Assembly (NCBI GenBank): GCA_050633305.1
Contig: JBOEGF010000004.1
Span: forward strand, 384,140 to 448,139
Direction of reading: 5' to 3'
DNA: 64,000 bases
From: Nannocystales bacterium
GTDB lineage: Bacteria > Myxococcota_A > Polyangia > Nannocystales > Nannocystaceae
The position numbers and the translations under genes were made by a program. How positions within the stretch are numbered: the first letter of the stretch is position 1; the number at the start of each line of letters is the position of its first letter. Positions 55,690 through 64,000 of this stretch are shown here, one piece after another. The notes beneath the pieces are model-generated. The model was given only the letters and a program-made list of their open reading frames with translations, had not been told where the DNA came from and did no database searches.

Positions 55690-57954
55690 ATGCCGCGAGG
55701 CGTTTCTGCGTTGTCCTTGGCTGGTTTGATGGTGTTCGTCCCCGCAACTGCGTGGGCGGCTCCTCCCCCCCTTCCCGAGGGCGACCCCGCTCCGGCGGCC
55801 GATCCGGCCCCGACGGACGCTCCTGCGCCCGACCCGGGGGTGGGCGCGGACGCTGGCGGTGAAGCCGGCTTGGAGATTGGTGGGGAAGCGTCCTTCGATG
55901 CGTCCGCATCTGCACCGGAGACCGACGGTGACGTCGATGCGCTCTTCGGCGGCGGGTCCGACGACGACTTCGACAGCGACTTCGGCGGCGATGCCGACTT
56001 CGACGCAGATGGCGACGCGGTCCTCCCCGAGGACGGTGACGACACCGGGGGGGACGACGGCCCCGGCATGGTCGACGGCCGCAGCGAGCCGATGATGCCC
56101 ACCACCCGGGCCGGCATCGGCCTGTTCCACACCTCTCTCCCGGACGTCGGGGGCAAGTACACGTTCCGCTTCCGGCTGCACACGAACTTCTTCCGCAAGG
56201 ACAAGTTCATGTACGACGTCGGCGGGGTCACGGACCAACACTCTCGGGTCCAAGGCGGCGTGACCATGGGCTTCACGCCCGCCAAGTGGGGCGAGATTTT
56301 CTTCAGCGTCAACTCGGCCGCCAACCGCAACGCTCGCGACCAAGCCGACCGCCAAGACGCAGAAGCGATCTTCGCACTGGGCGACATCGACTTTGGCTTC
56401 AAGGGCGCCTGGAAGTTCAAGAACGGCATCGGCGTCGGTGGTCAGGCGGGCTTGGGGCTGCTCTCGGGCAGCGATCGCCTGCTGACCTCGAACGTGAATT
56501 TCTTCGTCGACGGGATGTTCGCTGTCGACCTCCGCTACCTGACGGACCGCGAGTTCCCGTTCCGGTTCACGACGAACATCGGGTGGATGCTCGACCGCTC
56601 GCTTCAGAAGTCGGTCGCTGACTACGCCGCGATCGACGACGCCGCGAGTCGGGAAATCAGCCGGTTCTCCCTGGGCGGCAACCATAGCCGCGTCCGCATG
56701 CGCTACGCCGTGGACTTCCCACTCCGGCTCGGCAAGGAAAAGAAGTTCGGGCTGGACCCGATCCTTGAGTGGGCGTGGGACGTGACGACGACGGAGGCGG
56801 AACGTGCGTTCGCACGCAACCAGTCGGCCCCCTCCCCCCTCCCCCGCTCCGCGCAGTGGCTGACCGTCGGCCTGCGCGCCAACGTCATCTCCGGACTCCA
56901 TGTGGACGCAGCTGCGGACGTCGGCCTGGTTTCGCCAGGCTTCGAGTTCGGACCCCGGCAAGCTCCGTGGCAGATCATCCTCGGACTGGGCTGGTCGTTC
57001 GACCCCACCCCGGTCGTCCGCGAAGTCGAAGTACCCGTCGAAGCGCCGGCGCCTCCTGCGCCAGAGCCCATCCTCGAAGGGCGCATCCTCGGCGCGGTCG
57101 TCGACACCGCCGGAGCCCCGGTCTCCGGCGCCATCGTGAACTTCCCCGGACTCGTCTCCAACGGGATCGTCACCGACCCATCGGGCAACTTCACCAGCTA
57201 CCGATTCCCTGAGGGCACCATCGCCTTCACAGTCTCGATGCAGGACCAGATCGTCCACGAGGGGTCGGCCGACGTGGTCGCCGGCGAAGACACGCAAGTT
57301 CAGATTCAGCTCGAGTCCGGACCTGCAGCGCTCACGGGCGTCATCCGCGGAACCTTCACCGACAACACGGGCAAGGCCGTCGCCACGACCATGCAAGTCA
57401 CCGGTCAGGGCGTCGACGAGCCGTTCAACTCGATGCCTGACGGCCAGATCGCCCTCGAGCTCAACGAGGGCCAGTACCAGGCGACGGCGACCGCTGAGGG
57501 CTACAAGACCAAGTCGTTCACCTTCACGGTCGAGCCCAACGGAGACACGAGTTTCACAGAGGTGCTCGAACTCGACGCGCCTCCGGAAACCCCGCTGATC
57601 TCGCTCAACGGCAAGTCGTTGCGGGTCAAGAAGCGCATCTCCTACGACGGAAAGAACCAGGTCGCCTCGAGCAGCTACGACGCGCTCGACCAGCTCGCCA
57701 CCTTCCTCAAGTACCACCCCGAGGTGAAGGTCATCGAGGTCGGCACACACACCGACGACAAGGGGGCGGCCAAGTCCCGCACCGACACGCGGGCCGGCTC
57801 GGTCAAGTCGTACCTCGAGGGCAAGGGCGTCGCAGGCGGGCGGATCAAGACCCGTAGCTACGGCGCATCCAAACCCGTGGCGGTCAACATGACCAGTGCT
57901 GGGCGTTCCAAGAACAACCGCACCACCTTCCGCGTCGTGGACCTGGCCAAGTAG
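55690..57954 (+). CDS. OmpA-family outer-membrane protein (N-terminal barrel, two carboxypeptidase-regulatory-like domains, OmpA-like C-domain)
   Basis: Signal peptide; amphipathic strands ending WQIILGLGWSFD; GAVVDTAGAPVSGAIV; IEVGTHTDD, YGASKPV, KNNR. Confidence 0.85.
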   Translation: MPRGVSALSLAGLMVFVPATAWAAPPPLPEGDPAPAADPAPTDAPAPDPGVGADAGGEAGLEIGGEASFDASASAPETDGDVDALFGGGSDDDFDSDFGGDADFDADGDAVLPEDGDDTGGDDGPGMVDGRSEPMMPTTRAGIGLFHTSLPDVGGKYTFRFRLHTNFFRKDKFMYDVGGVTDQHSRVQGGVTMGFTPAKWGEIFFSVNSAANRNARDQADRQDAEAIFALGDIDFGFKGAWKFKNGIGVGGQAGLGLLSGSDRLLTSNVNFFVDGMFAVDLRYLTDREFPFRFTTNIGWMLDRSLQKSVADYAAIDDAASREISRFSLGGNHSRVRMRYAVDFPLRLGKEKKFGLDPILEWAWDVTTTEAERAFARNQSAPSPLPRSAQWLTVGLRANVISGLHVDAAADVGLVSPGFEFGPRQAPWQIILGLGWSFDPTPVVREVEVPVEAPAPPAPEPILEGRILGAVVDTAGAPVSGAIVNFPGLVSNGIVTDPSGNFTSYRFPEGTIAFTVSMQDQIVHEGSADVVAGEDTQVQIQLESGPAALTGVIRGTFTDNTGKAVATTMQVTGQGVDEPFNSMPDGQIALELNEGQYQATATAEGYKTKSFTFTVEPNGDTSFTEVLELDAPPETPLISLNGKSLRVKKRISYDGKNQVASSSYDALDQLATFLKYHPEVKVIEVGTHTDDKGAAKSRTDTRAGSVKSYLEGKGVAGGRIKTRSYGASKPVAVNMTSAGRSKNNRTTFRVVDLAK

Positions 57955-57985
57955 TAGAACGCCCCGCATCTGCTGAGCGCGCTCC

Positions 57986-58030
57986 AGGGCGACGTCGTCG
58001 GAATTCCGGCACGTCGCCCTTCTCGTTTTC
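57986..58030 (+). terminator. Terminator-like hairpin between convergent genes
   Basis: AGGGCGACGT...ACGTCGCCCT stem followed by TCTCGTTTT. Confidence 0.6.
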
Positions 58031-58111
58031 CCTGCCAGGCAATGGTCAGGGGTCAGGGTCAGCGGCGCCCCAAGACGAACGCCGCCGGACCCCCACGCTG
58101 GGTGCGCCGTT

Positions 58112-58870
58112 TCAGCGTTGTCCGGCGGCGTCGACGATCTCCGCGACCATCGCGAGAACATCGCCCGCCGGCTCGTGGCCAGCACGCTGGAGCCGTCGGA
58201 GCTGCTGCTCGTAGTCCGCGAGCGCGTGGCCGGGAACTCGGGGGATCCGGTCGAGAGCTCCGCGGACACGATCGATCACCTCGACCTGCATCAGCCAGTT
58301 CTGTTTGACGTGGAGCTGGAACAACCGATCGACCCAGACCCCCGACGCGGTGTGCTCAGCGAGGCCCAGCAAGCAACTGACACAGGCCTGAGCAGCCGGG
58401 TGCTCGACGTCGACTGGGCTCGCGCCGAGCTGGTTGGTCAACGCGCTGGCATAACGCTCCGCCTCCTTCACCTTGCCCACGCGGAGGCTCTTCTCGACCA
58501 GCTGACCGATGAGCGAGGGGAAGCGCGTGTCCTCGCCCGGGGCCAGCGTTCGCCTCAATCCGCCATCGTCGAAGTCGTCGATCGGCTGATCGGAGCGCAC
58601 GACGACCAGGATCTCTCGGCCGACTCTGACCTTGTCGCCATCGTGAACCGTGCGGCGGCCAACGATGCGCTGCCCGTTCACAAACGTGCCGTTGCGGCTG
58701 CCGAGGTCGACAAGCACCGCCGTCGGCCCAGCGATGTGAAATCGGGCGTGTTGCCGCGAGGCAAGGTCGTCATCGATCGTCAGCCAACAGTCGGGTAACC
58801 GACCGATGTCATGCTCGCCATCGGGCAGCGACATCGTGCGATTGCCGATCCTGACCTTGAAATGCGGCAC
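58112..58870 (-). CDS. FHA domain-containing protein
   Basis: IGRLPDC, ASRQHARF, DLGSRNGTFVNG, DGDKVRVG; helical C-domain. Confidence 0.9.
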   Translation of the reverse strand: MPHFKVRIGNRTMSLPDGEHDIGRLPDCWLTIDDDLASRQHARFHIAGPTAVLVDLGSRNGTFVNGQRIVGRRTVHDGDKVRVGREILVVVRSDQPIDDFDDGGLRRTLAPGEDTRFPSLIGQLVEKSLRVGKVKEAERYASALTNQLGASPVDVEHPAAQACVSCLLGLAEHTASGVWVDRLFQLHVKQNWLMQVEVIDRVRGALDRIPRVPGHALADYEQQLRRLQRAGHEPAGDVLAMVAEIVDAAGQR

Positions 58871-59058
58871 AAGCGTCCGTGCACCAGTCTACAGGAAAAC
58901 GCGTGGCGCTGAAGCACGCGGTTGTCCGCGCCGCGCTCCCAGCCCCCGCGAGCCCGTCTGCCGGTCCTGCGGCCCGCCTTGGGGTCCAAGATGCGCCCGG
59001 ATGACCAGGGTCGGCTTCCTTTGGGCCACTGGGACGCGGCGAGGCCCGGTGCGAGCGG

Positions 59059-62000
59059 TCAACGGACCAGGAACTCGACGTCGACGAGTCCACCCGTCTG
59101 AATCTGAGGCGGACGCAATCGGATCACCTGCCCCCGAACCCCCGCCGGACCCCCTCGCCCGCCAGCATCCACGACGTATGCTGTGTTGGGCGTGGGACCG
59201 GGGATGATGCTGATCGGGTAGACCATCACGGTGTTGCCCACGACAGCCGGCTCCGAGATTGGGATGTAGCCCGCAGTGGCGGCGAAGGTCGTCGCGTAGT
59301 TCCGCGGGATACGAGCCCGATTGAACTGCCGGAACTCGGTCGGGTACCGGGTCGTGTAGACCTGCCCGTTTGCGTCCGTCACATCCACGTTAGAGGAGAG
59401 CGCCAACAGGTCGACCAGGTCGAGCACCAGGCTGATGCTTGGCGTCGAGAAGCGGATCGCCGGGACCGGCTCCCCTTCGTACTCCATCTGGTGGAAAAGC
59501 GTCGACTCCCCTTCCGAGCGACGCGCCACGATCCGGCAAGGGTTGGGGTCCTGCGGCGAGGCCTCGTCGGGGTTGGGGCAGTCGGGGATCCCCACGAAGG
59601 GATCGTTGAAGACCGACGACTGATCGGACCCGAGCCGAAGCCTCGAGGTCAGCAACTCGCTCGCAGCCTCGTTCTCGCGGCACTCTCCAGTCGCGGGGTC
59701 GAGCACCACCCGCGTGCTGATGAAGCCCGGCGCCGGATCCCCAATGACCGTGAAGCTCTCGCGGGTCCTCACGACGTAGTCGACGAGTTCCGCAAAACAC
59801 CGCGGCCCGGGAAGCAGGGCCTGGGTGCATTCACGCTGCCCCGGCTCACAGGGTCGCTGACACTGCTGATCGACGCACAGCGCGCCTTCGCCGTAGTGGC
59901 CGCAGTCCGCGTCGACATCACACTCGAAGCAGTCGGGACTACCCAACGGGCACGGCCCGCGGCAGAAGCCATCGGCCGCGCACAGAAACTCACCGTCCCC
60001 GTTGAGGGACGAGCACTCCGCGTCGCTGTCGCACCCTCGACCTTCCGCCGGCTGATTGACCGTGGCCGGGTCGTTCGGAAGCTCGCATGTGTACCGGTCC
60101 ACGACCTCCTGCATGCCGATGACGCTCAGATCCTCCCCCTCCGTCGGTGCCAATCCGGTCTCCGGATCGACTGCGCGAAGGTGAGATTCGAGCGGACGGT
60201 CAAGCGCTTGAATGTGCAGCTCGTCCTGAAACGCCCGCGTCACCAGATACTCCCGCCGAGGCGTGCCACAGGCATCGTTGATGAAGGGCGCGCAGACCTG
60301 CCGCAGCACCTCGAACTCCTCCTCGTACGCCTGTGCGGAGATGCAGATGCCCGACGCGCTGCTCGGCGCCGTCGGCTCCCGCAGGCAGCGCTGACCGAGC
60401 CCGCAGTCGTCGTCGGTGCCGCACCCGAGAATGACGAGTTTGTCCCCGGGGAGGACCCCGTTGTCGCAGAACGATGCCGACTCATCGACGAGTCGCGCCC
60501 CTTCCGACGTGCTCCCGTCGGCCAAGATGCAGGTGCCGTTCTCCCAGCCAGGCGTGTCGCACTCGACTCGGCCCGTCGCACTCCGCGTCCCTGGGATCGT
60601 CCCTTCCCACGTCAGCGTCCAACGCACCGGCGCCCACTGCTGGTAGTCCCGCACCACCGCGCGGACGGCCTCGTTTGCGTAGACCGCGTCGCCTTCGAAC
60701 AAACCCAGGCCGTCGGCGTTGCTGGGGTTCCCCAGACTCTCGGCGCGAGCGATGCGGGCCTCGGAGACCGCGCCGTCGCCCGGAGGAAGGGAGTACGCCA
60801 AATCGATGCGGCGCAGGGTCGGGCTCAACTCCTGGGCGGAGTACACATCGCCCACCAGCGCGCGTTCGGGCTCTTCATCCTCCACCGCAGGGAGCGTGGT
60901 GCTGCCCACGGCGATCGTCGTGGGGTCCTCGGAGGGCCAAAGACTGTGCGGAGGGATCGACAGATCCATGACCGCGGTGTTGATGTCTGCGTTCTCGGTC
61001 GGACCCTGTAGCTGGTTGAAGACCGACAAAACGATCCGGCCGAAGCTGGTCGTGCCGACGCCCACGATCCCGGGGGCCTCGAACGGCGCTCCGACCGACC
61101 CCGCCGCATCTGCGACCCGGAAGAACGCCCAGTCTGTGAACCCGGCACCGCCACTGACCCGGATCCCAGGCCCCGCCGCGAACGGACGACGGTCCAGCGC
61201 AAGCCCTTGACCCCCACCGTCGGCGGCGATCGGGTTGCAGGAGGGAAACGGCGGGGACGTGGTCGTGGGATCGACCTGCGTATCGCACTCGACCCCCAGC
61301 GCATCGTCCTCGAACGCGCGGTCCACGACGTGTGTCGCCCCGTCGCCCCCGATGACATAGAGGAACTGGTGTTCCCCATCGAGCATCGATGTCGGGGGTA
61401 CCGCGCGGATCTTGACGATGCCTTGCGGATCCTCGAGCGGAAGGGTCATCGCGCTGTCCTCCCAGGTACCGCTCGGCGCCCCCCCCTCAAACGCGAACGG
61501 AAGCTCCACGAGCATGTCGCTCCCTGAGCCGCCGACGAACAACGACGCGTAGTCCAGGTTGGCGTCGGCGCCCAGATCCGTTTCGGGGTCGTACAGCTCG
61601 GGGCGCACGAGTTCGACCGCATTGGGGAAGAACCCATCCAAGCCGGAGGCCGGACGGCAATCCGCGGGGTCGTCGTCCGCACCGGCGCAGGTCTGGGGAG
61701 CTCCGTCAGGGAACTGGATCGGACAGTCGACGGGACAGTCCGGCGCGGTTCCTGCGTCGGTGACTTCGACAGAGCCATCGGGCATCGCCTCGAACTGACG
61801 ACTCTGCAGCAGACGGCCGGTGCTCAGGTCGACCTCGGCCAGGAGCTGACAGGTCGGGAAGGTCACCCACGCGCTTCCACGCGCATCGTTCTGACACTGG
61901 TTGTCCTCGAACCCGTCGCCGGCCACCGGCTCGGGCGCGGTCGAACTCGCGGTGCTCAGATCCCGTGGAGCGGTGACCAACGCGCCAGGCCTCGCGCCCA

Positions 62001-62619
62001 GCGGAAGCCCATCCGATCGAAGCGGGATGAGCTTGGAGACCAGGGAACTTGGCGCGACTTGGTCGGCATTGTCGGTCTCGAGCGCGATCGCGGCGAGGCC
62101 GAGCCCGTCGAGCAGGGTCAGGTCGCAGCTTCCCGCGTTGGCCGTGATCACCCGGCAGCCGAGCGTTGTGGATTCGATCTCCGAAGGGAGCTGTCCCACG
62201 GGCACGAGCTGGTAGCCGGGCGCGTTGGTGTCGACGTCCACCACTGCGGCCGTCGTGTCGCACCGCCGAAACACCGCAACTTCGTTCCTCTCGCTGTTGG
62301 CGACGTAGCCAATGAGCTGCGGCCCCTCCTCCGCGCAGCTCGGAAGGGCCTCCTGTGCGCAGTCGCCCAGCCCGAGAGCGGTCAGGGAATCGTCTTCTTC
62401 GAGGCGCACGCACGTCAACGTGACGTCCAACGGCCGATCGAGAACGCGGTTCGGCACCTGCACTCGGCTTTGCTGCTGGCACCCACCGGTCAGCAGGACG
62501 GAGGCGACCAGGCCCAGGCCAGAGACCAGGCCAACGACACGACCTGCAGATGAGTCGGTGGGCCGACCGACACCACGACGGGGATGAGACGAGACAGCGC
62601 GTGTGCGAAAGGAATTCAT
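59059..62619 (-). CDS. Very large Cys-rich lipoprotein (beta-propeller-like N-half, CxxDxDC repeats)
   Basis: Hydrophobic signal ending LTGGC; GYVANSERNEVAV, ITANAGSCDL; CGTDDDC, CDSDAEC, CDVDADC; ATGA overlap with the upstream gene. Confidence 0.75.
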   Translation of the reverse strand: MNSFRTRAVSSHPRRGVGRPTDSSAGRVVGLVSGLGLVASVLLTGGCQQQSRVQVPNRVLDRPLDVTLTCVRLEEDDSLTALGLGDCAQEALPSCAEEGPQLIGYVANSERNEVAVFRRCDTTAAVVDVDTNAPGYQLVPVGQLPSEIESTTLGCRVITANAGSCDLTLLDGLGLAAIALETDNADQVAPSSLVSKLIPLRSDGLPLGARPGALVTAPRDLSTASSTAPEPVAGDGFEDNQCQNDARGSAWVTFPTCQLLAEVDLSTGRLLQSRQFEAMPDGSVEVTDAGTAPDCPVDCPIQFPDGAPQTCAGADDDPADCRPASGLDGFFPNAVELVRPELYDPETDLGADANLDYASLFVGGSGSDMLVELPFAFEGGAPSGTWEDSAMTLPLEDPQGIVKIRAVPPTSMLDGEHQFLYVIGGDGATHVVDRAFEDDALGVECDTQVDPTTTSPPFPSCNPIAADGGGQGLALDRRPFAAGPGIRVSGGAGFTDWAFFRVADAAGSVGAPFEAPGIVGVGTTSFGRIVLSVFNQLQGPTENADINTAVMDLSIPPHSLWPSEDPTTIAVGSTTLPAVEDEEPERALVGDVYSAQELSPTLRRIDLAYSLPPGDGAVSEARIARAESLGNPSNADGLGLFEGDAVYANEAVRAVVRDYQQWAPVRWTLTWEGTIPGTRSATGRVECDTPGWENGTCILADGSTSEGARLVDESASFCDNGVLPGDKLVILGCGTDDDCGLGQRCLREPTAPSSASGICISAQAYEEEFEVLRQVCAPFINDACGTPRREYLVTRAFQDELHIQALDRPLESHLRAVDPETGLAPTEGEDLSVIGMQEVVDRYTCELPNDPATVNQPAEGRGCDSDAECSSLNGDGEFLCAADGFCRGPCPLGSPDCFECDVDADCGHYGEGALCVDQQCQRPCEPGQRECTQALLPGPRCFAELVDYVVRTRESFTVIGDPAPGFISTRVVLDPATGECRENEAASELLTSRLRLGSDQSSVFNDPFVGIPDCPNPDEASPQDPNPCRIVARRSEGESTLFHQMEYEGEPVPAIRFSTPSISLVLDLVDLLALSSNVDVTDANGQVYTTRYPTEFRQFNRARIPRNYATTFAATAGYIPISEPAVVGNTVMVYPISIIPGPTPNTAYVVDAGGRGGPAGVRGQVIRLRPPQIQTGGLVDVEFLVR

Positions 62620-64000
62620 CGGCTGAACGGCTCCTGCAGGCCAATGCGAGCGATTTCTTTGAACCGCGAGTTCCGACTGAGCCCGACGTCGATGACGCTC
62701 ACGGACCCCTCGAGAAGGTTGGCGACGTAGAGCATGCCGCGAGCTTCATCAAGGATGACGTCGTGGGGACCTGTGCCCGTGATGATCGTATCGACGACCT
62801 GCTCGGCCCGAAGATCAACTACGTAGACGTACGCGGCCTGGAAGCACGCGACGAACGCGAGCCCCTGCTCCTCCCAAACCTGGAAGCGCGAGGGTTGGTC
62901 GCAAACCTCGATGGGTCGCCCCGCCGGAATGTCGACCGGCTCCCCATTTTCGACCGAAGTATCCAGCCGCAGCAGCGCGCCGGGGTTGGTCTGCAAGACC
63001 AACAGCTCGTCGCCGCAGGCGTCACCGAACTGAACGTCCCCAAGCGCTTCGGACCGAGTCGCGGCGAGCGGGTCCACCCCGCCGACTGGGAAGCGCACGA
63101 CGTTGCGAATCTGGGGCTCGCAGATCAGCGCGCACTCGTTGCCGACCTCGTCCGGGCTTGCGCAGTACGGGCCGAGGTAGTTGCCCTGGTCGTCCTCACA
63201 CCCGTCGCGTTCGGTGCCCCCCCCGGGCAGGTCTTCCTCCTCGATGCCCGAAGCGGTGAAGCTGGTCGCGAGCAACTGGAAACGGAGCGAGCTGTAGACC
63301 AGCGGGCGCGTGCAGTCTTGCGTGATCGAAGGCGTGTTGAAGCCCGGCGTGTCGTCTTGCGCATCCCCGCAAGCGCCACACGGTCGGGTCGCCAACCCAA
63401 ACCCTCCGCTGAAGACGGTTGCCGTGGTGGGGCTGTACACGCTGCTGATATCGACGATCGCGGGGCGGCCATCACCGCCCTGGAGGCCGTCGAGATCGAT
63501 GACCGAGACCGAAGGTCCGCCACTGTGGGCGACGAAGGCATACCGATAGCCCTCCCCCTCGCTCACATGGATGTTGAATGGCTCGCGGGGAAGCTCCTCG
63601 AGCGTGCCGTCGTTGCGAAGGTTGCGGAGACGGAAGTCATCCCCACACCGCGCCTCGTCGAGCGCTTCCCCATCGCCGCGCGCCTGACCGCAGTCCAGGT
63701 CGGGAGCTTCGGGCCAGGGTTCCTTGACGTCGATGTACGTGACACTCGGGTCGCCTCGAACAGGGATCCAAAGACGGGGTGTCCCCGAAGGCTCGACGGA
63801 GGTTGCGATGTGGGTCGAGAAGTCCCCCAAGCGGACGCCGTCGACGACAAACGGGCCTTCGTCACACTCGACGACCTGCGGCAGCAGGCCCAGTCGCCGG
63901 CATGGGAAGTCGTCGGTGGTCTTCGAGCCCACATCGAGCACACAACGCTCCCCGGGACCCTCGCAGAACGCATACGGGGAGTACGACAGCGTCGGGTTGC
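62616..64000 (-). CDS. YncE/YVTN-like beta-propeller protein, Cys-rich (5' end beyond the window)
   Basis: Frame stays open to the window edge; blades AFVACFQAAYVYVVD, TGTGPHDV, LYVANLLEGSVSVID. Confidence 0.8.
   Translation of the reverse strand, partial: NPTLSYSPYAFCEGPGERCVLDVGSKTTDDFPCRRLGLLPQVVECDEGPFVVDGVRLGDFSTHIATSVEPSGTPRLWIPVRGDPSVTYIDVKEPWPEAPDLDCGQARGDGEALDEARCGDDFRLRNLRNDGTLEELPREPFNIHVSEGEGYRYAFVAHSGGPSVSVIDLDGLQGGDGRPAIVDISSVYSPTTATVFSGGFGLATRPCGACGDAQDDTPGFNTPSITQDCTRPLVYSSLRFQLLATSFTASGIEEEDLPGGGTERDGCEDDQGNYLGPYCASPDEVGNECALICEPQIRNVVRFPVGGVDPLAATRSEALGDVQFGDACGDELLVLQTNPGALLRLDTSVENGEPVDIPAGRPIEVCDQPSRFQVWEEQGLAFVACFQAAYVYVVDLRAEQVVDTIITGTGPHDVILDEARGMLYVANLLEGSVSVIDVGLSRNSRFKEIARIGLQEPFSR

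Overview
A high-GC chromosomal segment typical of Myxococcota (probably Nannocystaceae-like; inferred from gene content, not from a marker gene). It carries a housekeeping core (infC-rpmI-rplT-pheS-pheT-ihfA-merR-tRNA-Pro-surE-apt, divergent tRNA-Val, panE, fadD-like ligase, hutH, dCMP deaminase, cyclophilin) amid envelope and signalling genes: an orphan vgrG, four Hanks-type Ser/Thr kinases, two FHA proteins, many predicted lipoproteins, an O-antigen-ligase/TPR protein, and an M4-like protease with a MYXO-CTERM-like tail. No integrase, transposase, prophage, CRISPR array or rRNA is visible. The best leads are: (1) a six-gene cluster of membrane kinase, exported helical protein with a C-terminal Phe, FHA-GAF-sigma54 activator, twin Cys-rich lipoproteins and a large Cys-rich lipoprotein, a candidate trans-envelope signalling/surface system; (2) an apparently catalytically dead M1-aminopeptidase-like domain fused to an Omp85-like barrel; (3) a 1318-aa DEAD-box helicase with an RNase E-like charge-blocked disordered region; (4) infC starting at ATA with a C-terminal extension; (5) a shared DLxxPF C-terminal motif on kinases. 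All calls were made by reading motifs by eye; no searches were run.
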